This document shows, piece by piece, positions 29,513-39,806 of a stretch of DNA of 64,000 nucleotides. Source of the DNA: an uncultured bacterium (GTDB lineage Bacteria; Auribacterota; Erginobacteria; Erginobacterales; Erginobacteraceae); contig CAWGIE010000011.1 of the NCBI GenBank assembly GCA_963822585.1, forward strand, positions 1-64,000. Reading direction: 5' to 3'. The notes below the pieces were generated by a model that did not search any database, was not told the origin of the DNA, and was given only the letters and a program-made list of their open reading frames with translations. The first letter of the stretch is position 1, and every line of letters begins with the position of its first letter. The position numbers and the translations under genes are program-made.

Positions 29513-31336
29513 CTATAACGGCGATGTAGCGCGGTTTAAATGCCCTCTGATATTCTTCGCCAGACTGAGGCTCACACCTTTGACTTGATTCAACTCTTCC
29601 GGCGATGCCCGCTTGATCACGTCCACGGTCTGGAAACGGTCAAGGAGACGCTTTCGGAGAACGGGACCGATACCCGGAACAGAGTCCAGCGGCGAGGAGA
29701 GGGCCTTCTTCATCCGCAGGCGCCGGTGATAGGTCACGGCAAACCGGTGAGCCTCGTCCCGGATCCTCATCAAAAGACGGAGCACGGGGGAAGCACGATG
29801 AAGGGCGGCCGGATTTTTTCGTCCGGGCAGATAAACCCTGTCCCTCACCACCCGGCCCGACGGCAACCTCTTCTCTTTCGCCAGGGCGATGACATCGGGA
29901 TACGGGATGGAAAGGTCTTTCAACACCTGGAGGGCGACGTTGAGCTGGCCCTTGCCCCCGTCGACCACGATCAGGTCGGCCATCCCCCCTTCCGTGACGG
30001 CGCGGCGGAAACGGCGCTCCAACAGTTCGGAGAACATCCCGTAATCATCGGCCCCCTTTTCCGTTCGCAGCCGGTAATGTCGGTACGCCGCCGGGTGTTT
30101 TTCCCCCTGCCGGAAGACCACCATCGAGCCTACCGCTTCCGCTCCTCCCAGGTTCGATATATCGAAACATTCGATAAGCCGGGGCACCCGTCGTAGTTTC
30201 AGGGATGACCGCATCCGGAGGAGGACCTCTTCCGGGCCCGGCGATGTCTGACGCTGCCGGAGAACGGCCCGGGCGTTTTTCCGGGCCAGGGAGAGGAGTT
30301 TCTTTTTCTCTCCCCGCACCGGCACCATGAATGCGACCGGGCCCCCTCTCCGCTCGGCCAACAGGTCTTTCAACGCTCCGGCATTGGCCGGCGAGAAGGG
30401 AAGGATGATCTCCCGGGGAAGAGGGAGGCGGCCGTCGTAGAATTGGGCCAGGAAGTCGCCCATCGCCTCCCGGTCATCGGGGAAGATACGGCCGAAAAAT
30501 TCCCCTCTTCCCGCGCTCATCTTTCCATCCCGGATCGAGAGCACCTGAAAAACACTGGCGCCATCCGAGGATTCCAGAGCGACGATATCCCGGTCCACCG
30601 TTCCCAGCCGGCTGACCTTTTGCTTCTCCAGCGTCTCTTCAACGGCCCGGATGCCGGCCAGCGTCCGGGCGGCCTTTTCATACTCCAGCCGGTCAGATTC
30701 CCTCTTCAGCCGACGGCGGAGAGAAACCAGAAGATCTCTCTTCCTGCCCCGGAGGAAAAGAACAAGTCCCTCCAGTATCTCCCGGTACTCCGCGGGCGAG
30801 ATTTTTCCCCGGCAGGGAGCCGGGCAGCGACCGATCTGATGATACAGACAGGGGCGGCTTCGATGGCGGAAGGTGTTCTCCGAGCAGACCCGGAAGGGGA
30901 ACAGTTCCTGCAGAAAACGAAGAGTGCTTTTCACCGCCCGGCTGGAGGCATAGGGCCCGAAGTACAGCGCGCCGTCGTTCCGAATCCGCCGCACCAGAAT
31001 GGGCCGGGGATAAGGACTGTCCAGATCCAGGCGAAGGCTGCAGTAGGTCTTATCGTCCCGGAAGAAAACGTTATACCGCGGCCGGTGTTGCTTGATTAAA
31101 TTGTTCTCCAGGATCAGTGCCTCTTTTTCCGTGTCGGTAACCAGGTAGTCTATATCATCGACCCGGGCCATGAGGTACGGTATCAACGGGCGGCCATCCC
31201 CGGATTTCCGGAAATAACTCCGAACCCGGGACTGGAGGTTTACCGCCTTACCCACGTAGAGGATCTTCCCGGAGGCATCTTTCATCAGATAGACGCCGGG
31301 GAGTTGGGGAAACGTCTGTATTTTTTCCTTAAGCAT
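29513..31336 (-). CDS. uvrC: Excinuclease ABC subunit C
   Basis: PGVYLM...YVGKAVNLQSRVRSYF, IECFDISN, VDGGKGQ, RIRDEAHRFA, HhH. Confidence 0.98.
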   Translation of the reverse strand: MLKEKIQTFPQLPGVYLMKDASGKILYVGKAVNLQSRVRSYFRKSGDGRPLIPYLMARVDDIDYLVTDTEKEALILENNLIKQHRPRYNVFFRDDKTYCSLRLDLDSPYPRPILVRRIRNDGALYFGPYASSRAVKSTLRFLQELFPFRVCSENTFRHRSRPCLYHQIGRCPAPCRGKISPAEYREILEGLVLFLRGRKRDLLVSLRRRLKRESDRLEYEKAARTLAGIRAVEETLEKQKVSRLGTVDRDIVALESSDGASVFQVLSIRDGKMSAGRGEFFGRIFPDDREAMGDFLAQFYDGRLPLPREIILPFSPANAGALKDLLAERRGGPVAFMVPVRGEKKKLLSLARKNARAVLRQRQTSPGPEEVLLRMRSSLKLRRVPRLIECFDISNLGGAEAVGSMVVFRQGEKHPAAYRHYRLRTEKGADDYGMFSELLERRFRRAVTEGGMADLIVVDGGKGQLNVALQVLKDLSIPYPDVIALAKEKRLPSGRVVRDRVYLPGRKNPAALHRASPVLRLLMRIRDEAHRFAVTYHRRLRMKKALSSPLDSVPGIGPVLRKRLLDRFQTVDVIKRASPEELNQVKGVSLSLAKNIRGHLNRATSPL

Positions 31337-31400
31337 ACTACCTTGGCCACCATTTAGGTTGCACTGAAGTATCGTTATTTAATGACTAAATCCGAATGAC
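31335..31400. repeat. Short dispersed repeat, uninterrupted ('empty site') copy
   Basis: ATACTACCTTGGCCAC...GTATCGTTATTTAATGAC..AAT.CGAATGAC; the copy at 37532 is split at TTAA by the 290-bp element. Confidence 0.88.
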
Positions 31401-31410
31401 TGAGAACCAC

Positions 31411-33417
31411 TTATTCTAATCCCAGCTGTTTCTCCTGGAGCTGGAGCCATTCATCCCGGACGGCGGCCGCTTCCTCGAAACGGTACTCCTTGGCCAGATT
31501 TTTCATCTTTTTCTCCAGAAGTTTCAGCCGGCGGTCCAGGCGGGCCGGCGAGAGATATTCGTCTTTCCCTTCGGCGACGATGGGAACCGTGGCATAGTCC
31601 GCTTCATAGATGGAACCAAGAATATCCGATATGCCTTTCCGGATGGAGGCCGGGGTGATCCCCTGCTCCCGGTTGTAGGCGGCCTGCTTTTCCCGCCGGC
31701 GGACGGTTTCGGAAACGGCCTTCTTCATGGCATCGGTCTCCCGGGAAGCATACATGATCACGGTACCGTTGATGTTGCGCGCCGCCCGGCCGAAAGTCTG
31801 AATGAGCGAGCGCTCGGAACGAAGAAATCCTTCCCGGTCCGCATCCAGGATCGCCACCAGCGAGACCTCCGGCAGATCCAGCCCCTCACGGAGAAGGTTG
31901 ATCCCGATCAGAACGTCGAACTCCCCTTTCCGGAGATCGCGGATAATCTCGGTGCGGGGGATGGTCGTAATATCCGAATGAAGGTACTTGACCCGGATAC
32001 CGTGCCCTTCGTAATGTTCAGTGAGATTTTCCGCCATTCGCTTGGTGAGGGTGGTGACCAGAACCCGCTCGCCTCTTTCCACGCGACGCCGGATCTCTTC
32101 CAGGAGGTCATCCACCTGATTCTCCGCCGGGCGAATCTGGATGTCGGGATCGATCAGACCGGTGGGACGGATAATCTGCTCCACGATACGACGGCCGCTC
32201 CGGCGGCGCTCGTATTCGGCCGGGGTAGCGGAGACGTAGATCACCTGGTTAACCCGTTTCTCGAACTCGGCGAAGTTCAGGGGGCGGTTGTCCAGAGCGG
32301 AGGGCAGACGGAATCCGTATTCAACCAGGGTCTCCTTGCGGGAGCGGTCGCCCCGCCACATGCCTCCGATCTGAGGGATAGAGATATGACTCTCATCAAT
32401 GAAGAGGAGATAATCATCGGGAAAATAGTCGAGGAGCGTGGCGGGGGGGGCTCCCGGTTGGCGATTATCGAGGTGACGGGAATAGTTTTCAATCCCGTTG
32501 CAGAAGCCGGCTTCTTCCAGCATCTCGAGATCGTACCTGGTCCGCATCTCCAGTCTCTGGGCTTCGAGGAGCTTGGCATGCTGTTTGAGGAATCGCAGCC
32601 GCTCTTCCAGTTCCTCCCTGATGGAGCTGATCGAGCGCTTCAAGTTGGCGGCCGAGGTAACATAATGGCTGGCCGGGTAGACCGCCGCCCGGTCGCATTC
32701 CCCGGAACGTTGCCCTCTCAGGGGGTCTACCCAGGAGAGTCGCTCGATCTCGTCATCCCAGAACTCCACCCGCATCACCCGTGAGGACTCGTAGGCGGGG
32801 AATATCTCGACCACGTCTCCCCTCACCCGAAAAGTACCCCGGTGGAGGTCAAGATCATTGCGCTCGTAAAACATCCCCACCAGATCGGCGAGGAGGCGGC
32901 GGCGCTGGATTTTCTGGCCGACCCTGAGTTCCAGCACCCGGTCGTGATACTCTTCCGGGGACCCCAGGCCATATATACAGGACACGCTGGCGACGATGAT
33001 AACATCCCGGCGCGTCCAGAGCGAATAGGTGGCCGCGTGCCGCATGCGGTCAATATGCTCATTTATGGAGGAGTCTTTTTCTATGTAGCTGTCAGTCGCA
33101 GGGAGGTATGCTTCCGGCTGGTAATAATCATAGTAGCTGACGAAATACTCCACCGCGTTGTGGGGAAAAAGGGCGGTGAATTCACCATACAGCTGAGCGG
33201 CCAGCGTCTTATTGGGAGCGATCACCAGCGTGGGACGGCCGACGGCGGCGATCACATTGGCCATGGAAAAGGTTTTCCCGGAACCGGTGACCCCGAGCAG
33301 TACTTGATGAGTCGCACCCTCCCGGAGACCGCCGATCAGGTCTTTGATGGCCCGGGGCTGATCGCCCCGGGGGAGGAATTCGGTCACCAGTTTGAATGGG
33401 GCGTTTTCGCTTTTCAC
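31411..33417 (-). CDS. uvrB: Excinuclease ABC subunit B
   Basis: [46 protein letters not shown]. Confidence 0.99.
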   Translation of the reverse strand: MKSENAPFKLVTEFLPRGDQPRAIKDLIGGLREGATHQVLLGVTGSGKTFSMANVIAAVGRPTLVIAPNKTLAAQLYGEFTALFPHNAVEYFVSYYDYYQPEAYLPATDSYIEKDSSINEHIDRMRHAATYSLWTRRDVIIVASVSCIYGLGSPEEYHDRVLELRVGQKIQRRRLLADLVGMFYERNDLDLHRGTFRVRGDVVEIFPAYESSRVMRVEFWDDEIERLSWVDPLRGQRSGECDRAAVYPASHYVTSAANLKRSISSIREELEERLRFLKQHAKLLEAQRLEMRTRYDLEMLEEAGFCNGIENYSRHLDNRQPGAPPATLLDYFPDDYLLFIDESHISIPQIGGMWRGDRSRKETLVEYGFRLPSALDNRPLNFAEFEKRVNQVIYVSATPAEYERRRSGRRIVEQIIRPTGLIDPDIQIRPAENQVDDLLEEIRRRVERGERVLVTTLTKRMAENLTEHYEGHGIRVKYLHSDITTIPRTEIIRDLRKGEFDVLIGINLLREGLDLPEVSLVAILDADREGFLRSERSLIQTFGRAARNINGTVIMYASRETDAMKKAVSETVRRREKQAAYNREQGITPASIRKGISDILGSIYEADYATVPIVAEGKDEYLSPARLDRRLKLLEKKMKNLAKEYRFEEAAAVRDEWLQLQEKQLGLE

Positions 33418-33429
33418 TCATCAGCTCCG

Positions 33430-33536
33430 CAACTTATTTAACCGCGGATTGAGCGGATTATGCTGATTAAGGGGAAACAACAATCCGTTTAATCCGCTTA
33501 ATCAGCGGTTTATTAAAATTCCGAAACAGCACGTTG
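33430..33536. repeat. CAACTT...TATTAAAATTCCGAAACAG element with a GCGGATT/AATCCGC hairpin interior
   Basis: Ends match 11028-11128 and 11142-11220; interior differs. Confidence 0.65.
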
Positions 33537-33543
33537 ATGTTCG

Positions 33544-33927
33544 TTATTGAGGGGCGCCGCCGGGGGCAGCCGGGGGGAAATACTCCCCGACCAACCGCCG
33601 GTACCCCTCAGATTTCCGGAGCGCGGACAGGTCCGGATCCTGCCCCATCCAGGAGAGATCATCATAACCGAGTTCCAGCGCCTGCCGAAGAGCCGCCAGC
33701 GCCTCCGCCTCCTGATTGAGGAGGGCATGGCTGCAGCTCAGATTATAGAACACATTCGCATCGCGGGGAAGCATGCCGGCCAGTTTCTCATCCAGACGCA
33801 GACCCTTTTCAAACCACCCCTTCCTGGTATAGGCATCGGCGAGGGGGAGCAGGGCATCGATGAATTCCGGATCGTCCCGGACAAGATCTTCGAAAAATCT
33901 GATTTGAAAATCAATATCCTCTTCCAT
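33544..33927 (-). CDS. Small TPR protein
   Basis: VFYNLSCSHALL..ALELGY..DPDLSALR (TPR end-of-group motif). Confidence 0.85.
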   Translation of the reverse strand: MEEDIDFQIRFFEDLVRDDPEFIDALLPLADAYTRKGWFEKGLRLDEKLAGMLPRDANVFYNLSCSHALLNQEAEALAALRQALELGYDDLSWMGQDPDLSALRKSEGYRRLVGEYFPPAAPGGAPQ

Positions 33928-34126
33928 GGTTCCTCTGCCGTCCTTCCGCGGCGGCCGGCGGTCCGGGTCCCCCCGGACCCGGACCGGACCGGTCGTGAAT
34001 GGCGATTATCGCCCTTGCGCTTACCGATCACCATTGATATAGTTAGCCGGTATATTTTACTGTATTTTAACACTCTCTTCAAGAGGGTGCCCGATCGGGC
34101 TGAAAAAATTCTGCCGGAGAATAATC

Positions 34127-34717
34127 ATGAAAAAGAACATCCGAGTCTTCTATTGCCTGCTGACGGTCTTTACCGGATTTTTATTGTCCGCGGCCACTCT
34201 TCCCGCCGACGATTATCGTAAAAATCTTCACCGCTTACGGGAAGACCAGGTCTGGGAACCGGAAATCCAGATCAGCGAAGACACTGTCATCCCCGGGTTC
34301 TGGCGGCCCCGGGCGCGAAGCGGGTACGAATGGGTCAAGGCGACGAAAGACGAAGCCGGACGCTGGCACCCCGGCTATTGGGCTCCCCTTCACCGGGACA
34401 TCCTGACCGGGAAGACCGACCTTCCCGGATACTGGGGTCCGGAAAACCGGACAGGATACATCTGGATAAATGTCGAGGACCGGGTGGGAGATTATCCTGC
34501 CGGTTCCTGGGAACCCATGAACACCTACCAGGTCGCCCAGCCGCCCTTGAAATGGGTACCCGGATACTGGACCGGCAGGCGATGGGTACCCGGATACTGG
34601 CGGATTCCGGAGCGGGAAGGCCATATCTGGTTCGAGGGATACTACGGAGCGGACGGGCGCTGGAATGAAGCCCACTGGGGACTTTCTCCGGAAGAGATCC
34701 CCCCGGCTCCCGAATGA
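34127..34717 (+). CDS. Secreted WxxGxW (YXWGXW) repeat protein
   Basis: Signal peptide; IPGFW, WHPGYW, LPGYW, WVPGYW x2, WFEGYY; RBS GGAG. Confidence 0.82.
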   Translation: MKKNIRVFYCLLTVFTGFLLSAATLPADDYRKNLHRLREDQVWEPEIQISEDTVIPGFWRPRARSGYEWVKATKDEAGRWHPGYWAPLHRDILTGKTDLPGYWGPENRTGYIWINVEDRVGDYPAGSWEPMNTYQVAQPPLKWVPGYWTGRRWVPGYWRIPEREGHIWFEGYYGADGRWNEAHWGLSPEEIPPAPE

Positions 34718-34744
34718 TTTTCAGCGGCTTCCGCCCGATCCGGA

Positions 34745-35110
34745 TCAAATCACGAACCGCCAGATAATGACCGCGGCCGCGACCAGAATGACGATCCCGG
34801 CACCCAATAAAATCCGGCGGCGCCGGACAAGGTCGCTGCGGAATTTGTGCTGGGCGATGGTCTGGAATGAACCGGTGCTCAGATAACTGGCCAGTCGGTG
34901 ACGGTTGATCTCTTCCTTCCTGTCTTTTTCGGCGGCCGGCGAAGGCGATCGTGTTTCTTCCAACTTCTGTTCCCGGCGCTGTGTCCGTTCCAGGAATCTG
35001 ATCTCTTTCGAGACAGCCTCTATCTCCTTTTCGAGGTCCGAAATCCGGGAATCGAGATATCGTTTCCTTAAAAACATAGAGAGATTTTCTCCGGGGATAG
35101 GTGAAGGCAC
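34745..35110 (-). CDS. Hypothetical coiled-coil protein with C-terminal TM anchor (start may be 35077)
   Basis: Heptad region, hydrophobic C-terminus, tightly spaced with the upstream gene. Confidence 0.7.
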   Translation of the reverse strand: MPSPIPGENLSMFLRKRYLDSRISDLEKEIEAVSKEIRFLERTQRREQKLEETRSPSPAAEKDRKEEINRHRLASYLSTGSFQTIAQHKFRSDLVRRRRILLGAGIVILVAAAVIIWRFVI

Positions 35111-35113
35111 CGG

Positions 35114-35758
35114 TTATCTGATAAGATCGAAAAGACGGATCACGATCGTCACCAGAATCGCCAGCAGAGCGGCCGGAAGGCAGAAAAAGAACCCCCTCCT
35201 GAAGAGGTCGCCGGGGGATACGTCCGCCGCCGGGGGGAAGGCCGTTGTTTGAACCGTGACCGGACTCCTCTCCTCGAGACCACGCGTACTGAGCGCGTCC
35301 ACCTTCCCCCGGGCCTCGGAATATTCTCTCTTCGCTTTTCCAACCACGGCCAGAGCCCGGGTCAGTTCCCCTTTCAGGTCTTCCTCCCTCCAGGTCTCTT
35401 CCCGAATCCCGCGAATCTCGGTTATAATCTTGTCAAACTCATCCCGGGTGACCTTGACCAGGGTATGCTTTCGTTTCAGTTCGCTTTCTTCCTTGTCCAG
35501 GACGGCGATCCCCCGTTCAAGATTAGTGAGAACCTCTCTCTTGACCGAGTCAAGTTCTTCCCGCTGCCGCCGCAGTTCCTCCAGATCCGATTTCTGCTTC
35601 TTCAGGTCTTCCTGCTGTTTCTTTAAAAAGGAGATCCGTTCCGCGGTTCGATCAACCATATCGGTAAGGCTGGCAATCGGCGCGGCCGCCGCCGGCTTTT
35701 TCCGTTCTTCCTTTTTCCCGCTCTGTTCCTCTTTTTCGCTCATCTCTTCCTCTCTCAT
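35114..35758 (-). CDS. Hypothetical coiled-coil protein with C-terminal TM anchor
   Basis: Long E/K/R-rich heptads, then FFFCLPAALLAILVTIVI. Confidence 0.75.
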   Translation of the reverse strand: MREEEMSEKEEQSGKKEERKKPAAAAPIASLTDMVDRTAERISFLKKQQEDLKKQKSDLEELRRQREELDSVKREVLTNLERGIAVLDKEESELKRKHTLVKVTRDEFDKIITEIRGIREETWREEDLKGELTRALAVVGKAKREYSEARGKVDALSTRGLEERSPVTVQTTAFPPAADVSPGDLFRRGFFFCLPAALLAILVTIVIRLFDLIR

Positions 35759-35838
35759 ACGGTATATCCGGTTTATGTTTGCTATCCGTAATACAGTGAA
35801 CGATAATTATATCCTGCTCGAAAAGGATTTCGAGCAGG

Positions 35839-35991
35839 AAATCCTAAATCCTAATATCTAAATCCTAAATAAATCCAAAATCCGAATAACCAAATTTTTT
35901 AAATATTGCCGGTTTTCGCCCCATTGTTTGGGATTTTTTAGTTTGGGTCATTTGATATTATTGAGGATTTAATAATTAGATAGTAGGATTT
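35839..35991. repeat. Heptamer (AAATCCT-type) inverted-arm element
   Basis: AAATCCTAAATCCTAATATCTAAATCCTAAA ... TTTGGGATTT...AGGATTT; relative at 45216-45492. Confidence 0.7.
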
Positions 35992-36132
35992 GAGAACTGA
36001 TGAGCTTTTCGAATAATCGATTAACGGCACGATAGTAATTTCTTCCGGATGTCAGGTCAAGGAATCTCTGAAAATCTCCGGTCCGTTATTATCTATACAC
36101 TACTCGAAAATGATATCATATTGAAAAAAATC

Positions 36133-36230
36133 AATTAAAACCACGAAATACACGAAGAGCATGAAGATTTCAAAAATGAGCTACATCTTATTTATTTTCT
36201 CCACTATTCTTCGTGTCCTGCGTGGTGAAT
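36133..36230. repeat. CACGAAG element, copy 2 (inverted relative to 29371)
   Basis: Aligns to the reverse complement of 29371-29470, including the interior AAAATGAGCTA.ATCTTATTT.TTTTCTC.ACTATT. Confidence 0.82.
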
Positions 36231-36279
36231 TATTTCGTTGTTTCAAAGATAAAAACACCTTTTCGATTAAAATATCATT

Positions 36280-37497
36280 ATGAGAGATGTAAAAACTGCA
36301 CTCTGCCGTCACTTCGGCGAATGCGGCGGCTGCCGACACCAGGACCTGGAGTATCCTCTTCAGCTGGGCCGGAAGGACGAGCAGTGCCGAAAACTGCTCC
36401 GGGATTGCGGGATCTTAACCAGTCTGAAGCCGATCCTTCCCTCCCCCCGGACTTTTTTCTACCGGAACAAGATGGAGTTCACTTTTTATCATGACCGGGG
36501 AGAACTGGTTTGCGGGCTTCATCGGAAAGATCCGAACCGGAGCATTTTTCAGCTGAAGGAATGTCCGATCTTCTCAGAAGAGATCCCGCTGATTATGGCA
36601 GCGGTGATGGAGTTCGCGCGCGGGAGCGGATTACCCGCGTACCATCCGTACCGGCATCAGGGTTTCTGGCGCAACCTGGTAATGCGGGAAGGGAAGTTTA
36701 CGGATCAGATCATGGTCAACGTAGTCACCTCCTCGGAGGGAAAGATCGACGAAGACTCCCTGGCGGAGGCGATGGCCGGCGTGGCCACCCGAAAACGGAT
36801 CATTTCCCTGCTTCACACCATAAACGATAGCCCGGCAAACGCCGTCATTCCGGAAAAAGCCTCCGTGCTCAGAGGGGCCCCTTTTCTGGAGGAAACCATC
36901 GGCGGACTCACCTTCCGGATTCCCCCCTTTTCTTTCTTCCAGGTCAATCCTTTCATCCTGGAAACGTTCTATCGCGAACTCCACGATCTCCTCGTTCTCG
37001 GGGGGGGAGAAAATATTCTCGATGTCTTTTGCGGGAGCGGGGCCATCGGCCTGATCCTCTCGAGCCGGGCGGCGACGGTGACCGGGATTGAACTGGATGA
37101 GGCGGCAGTGGAAAACGCCCGATCGAATGCCCGGCTCAACCGGATCTCAAACATCACCTTCCTGGCCGGTAAGGCATCACGGATAATGGCGGAAAACAGA
37201 TCGCGATGGCCGGGGAGGTTCGATTTATTGGTGGTCAATCCTCCCCGAACCGGGATCAGCAAGAAAATCGTTAAACGGATCCTGGAGATCGGACCCGGGC
37301 GCGTTGTTTATTCATCATGCAATCCGGGTACTTTCTTCGAGCAGGCCCCCCTCCTGCTCGACAGCTACCGCCTGGATACCATTCAGCCGTTCGATTTTTT
37401 TCCGCACACCCCGCACATGGAACTACTGGGGGTATTTACCAAGAGACCGTCTTCTGGTTCTGTTTTTATACCTGGGAACCTCAACGCTAATACATAA
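36280..37497 (+). CDS. rlmD: RlmD/TrmA-family RNA m5U methyltransferase
   Basis: CRHFGECGGC, YRNKMEF, SFFQVN, LDVFCGSG, NPPRTG, YSSCNP, DFFPHTPHME. Confidence 0.88.
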   Translation: MRDVKTALCRHFGECGGCRHQDLEYPLQLGRKDEQCRKLLRDCGILTSLKPILPSPRTFFYRNKMEFTFYHDRGELVCGLHRKDPNRSIFQLKECPIFSEEIPLIMAAVMEFARGSGLPAYHPYRHQGFWRNLVMREGKFTDQIMVNVVTSSEGKIDEDSLAEAMAGVATRKRIISLLHTINDSPANAVIPEKASVLRGAPFLEETIGGLTFRIPPFSFFQVNPFILETFYRELHDLLVLGGGENILDVFCGSGAIGLILSSRAATVTGIELDEAAVENARSNARLNRISNITFLAGKASRIMAENRSRWPGRFDLLVVNPPRTGISKKIVKRILEIGPGRVVYSSCNPGTFFEQAPLLLDSYRLDTIQPFDFFPHTPHMELLGVFTKRPSSGSVFIPGNLNANT

Positions 37498-37575
37498 GAA
37501 AACAGGGAGTGATGGAGTGTTGGAATGATGGATACTACCTTGGCCACAATTGAGGTTGCACTAAAGTATCGTTAT

Positions 37576-37865
37576 TTAACCCGATTTATTCATAAATCGG
37601 GTTAGTTTTGGACAACGCCAAAGTAAAAGTGTATAGCAACAAAATACGGTTCCGATCATATCATATTCTTTGGCAATCACTTGTTGACAAACGTTTGTTA
37701 TAGATCGCACTATTGCCGGTAGACATAATCGTTGACCTATCGGCTAAGACAGAACAGTCTGCTGTTGCCGTATTAATATGTTTTCTATCCGTAATATATT
37801 GAACGGAAACTAGTAACCTGGATTATTCATGAAAATTTTAAATTTTCATGAATAATCCAGGTTAA
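37576..37865 (-). mobile_element. 290-bp TTAA-bounded double-hairpin element, copy 2 (inverted)
   Basis: Same terminal hairpins as copy 1; inserted at the TTAA of the repeat that is intact at 31335-31400. Confidence 0.92.
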
Positions 37866-38132
37866 TGACGAAATTCGAATGACGAAACCCGAAAGAATGA
37901 CGGAATCCAAACGACGAATGTCAAATGGCCCAGGATTCTCGCTACTCCCTGTTGCCGACAATAGGCAGCCTCGACCATTTGAACCGAAAGCGAGGGATGG
38001 TAAACAAACTCACACATTGCCAACTAAAATATGGCCGGATTAGTAACCATCTCCGGGCCCCCATCACTCCATGATACCTATTTGGCAACGTGGTATGCGA
38101 TTCAAAGGAAGCTTGAGAAGGGATACGATGGC

Positions 38133-38699
38133 ATGAAACCCCTGAAGCTGTCATTCTACAGCCGCCCTACCGTCCTGGTGGCCCGTGAACTCCTGGGCAA
38201 AATTTTGGTCCGGGAGGTTGACGGAAGACCGATGACCGGCCGGATAGTAGAGACAGAGGCCTATACCGGCCCGGGAGACCCGGCCTCCCACGCGTTCCGG
38301 GGCCCCACCCCCCGGAGCAGGATCATGTTCGGACCGGCGGGGATCGCCTATGTATATTTTTGCTACGGCGTCCACCATCTTCTGAACGTGGTAACGGAGA
38401 AAGAGGGAACGGCCGGCGCGGTCCTGATTCGAGGGGTAGCCCCCCTTCACGGACTGGATCTGATGCCGGATACCCGGGAGCAAAAAAAGGAGAAAAAGAT
38501 TCTGGACGGCCCCGGAAAGCTGACAAAGGCGTTGAGGATCACTCTGGAGATGAATGGATGGGATCTGACGCAGGGGAGAGATCTCTACATCATCAACGGC
38601 GGGAGGACGGGAACTGCGGCGATCGCGGCCGCCCCCCGGATCGGAATCAGGGAAGGGACGGATAAGCTCTGGCGATTTAAAATGGTAAAAACTACCTGA
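38133..38699 (+). CDS. DNA-3-methyladenine glycosylase (MPG/AAG family)
   Basis: VARELLGK, GRIVETEAY, DPASHA, YVYFCYGVH, AVLIRG, GPGKL, PRIGI. Confidence 0.95.
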   Translation: MKPLKLSFYSRPTVLVARELLGKILVREVDGRPMTGRIVETEAYTGPGDPASHAFRGPTPRSRIMFGPAGIAYVYFCYGVHHLLNVVTEKEGTAGAVLIRGVAPLHGLDLMPDTREQKKEKKILDGPGKLTKALRITLEMNGWDLTQGRDLYIINGGRTGTAAIAAAPRIGIREGTDKLWRFKMVKTT

Positions 38700-38731
38700 A
38701 AGAAGTACTGCTAATATATCTATCTTTATTT

Positions 38732-38815
38732 ACCACGAAGAACACGAAGAAAAACTTGGGTTAATGAGATATCTCCTTTTTCATTCTTCGTGTACTTCGT
38801 GTCCTTCGTGGTTTA
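38732..38815. repeat. CACGAAG element, copy 3 (diverged)
   Basis: ACCACGAAGAACACGAAG ... CTTCGTGTACTTCGTGTCCTTCGTGGT. Confidence 0.78.
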
Positions 38816-38834
38816 TAATTATGGCAGTTTTGTT

Positions 38835-39584
38835 TTACTTGCCCTCTAAAATAGGGATTATCTCGGTCAGACTGGTTATCTGATAATCGGGAACCTTGAT
38901 CTTCGATTCCGGATCGAAGCGGGCCGATTCAATCTCTTTCCTGATCGTCTCTATCAGTTCTTCCCCGTCTTCCCCGACCCTCTCGACCAGGAAAGTCGTC
39001 ATCCCGGCCAGATTCCCCATCATAATATCGGTAAGTCGATCACCTACCATGGCCGTTTCTTCCGCCCTGAGCCCCAGCTGATCGAGAACGATCTCGGCGA
39101 TCTTCGGGTTCGGCTTCTCCAACTTCAGCCGGAGGGAATCATTCCAATCGAAAAATCCCCGGGGGAGCGGCACCCCTGGTTTCTGGTTAAACGCCTCCAG
39201 GACCACCGTCTTGGTGGTGAAGGTCGCCACCGCGAAGAGAATACCTTTGTCTTCAAGATACCTGAAAATCTCGACCGCATCAGGGAACAGCCCCGCTTTC
39301 CCCGCTTTGGTGTAGGCAACCCTTTCTCTCTCGTCAACGATACCCTTCATTTTCTGGAATTTATCCCAGCTGGTCTTGAGCCCGATTGTCTCGAGCTTCT
39401 CGATGAACCCCTTCCCGGTATAGTAGGAGAGCATATACTCGTCTTCCCGGCCTTCCGGAACCTTCCCCCCGCATTCCTCGACTACTTTCAGAAAAACATC
39501 GCGCCAATAAATTCTCGGGTTCGGGTATATCTTGGCGATCGTGTTATCGTTGTCAAAAACCATGCCTTTTAGTTTCAAACCCAT
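38835..39584 (-). CDS. HAD-superfamily hydrolase
   Basis: VFDNDNTI, EKPNP, MVGDRLTDIMMG. Confidence 0.9.
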   Translation of the reverse strand: MGLKLKGMVFDNDNTIAKIYPNPRIYWRDVFLKVVEECGGKVPEGREDEYMLSYYTGKGFIEKLETIGLKTSWDKFQKMKGIVDERERVAYTKAGKAGLFPDAVEIFRYLEDKGILFAVATFTTKTVVLEAFNQKPGVPLPRGFFDWNDSLRLKLEKPNPKIAEIVLDQLGLRAEETAMVGDRLTDIMMGNLAGMTTFLVERVGEDGEELIETIRKEIESARFDPESKIKVPDYQITSLTEIIPILEGK

Positions 39585-39806
39585 ATCAGCCCTCCTTGTT
39601 AGAACTTAGCTTGGTGACTTTTTTGACAGGACGATTTCGGGACAGGACGATTGCCCCGACCTCACCCTCTTTGATAGCAGGATGATTAACTGGCAGGACT
39701 ATTAATTTTAAAATTTATCTTATGCCTATCTAAATATTTTTTATTAATCGTTCTGCCGATAAATCGTCCTGCTTATAAGCTGATTATTAAAAACCCGAAC
39801 CGGCGG

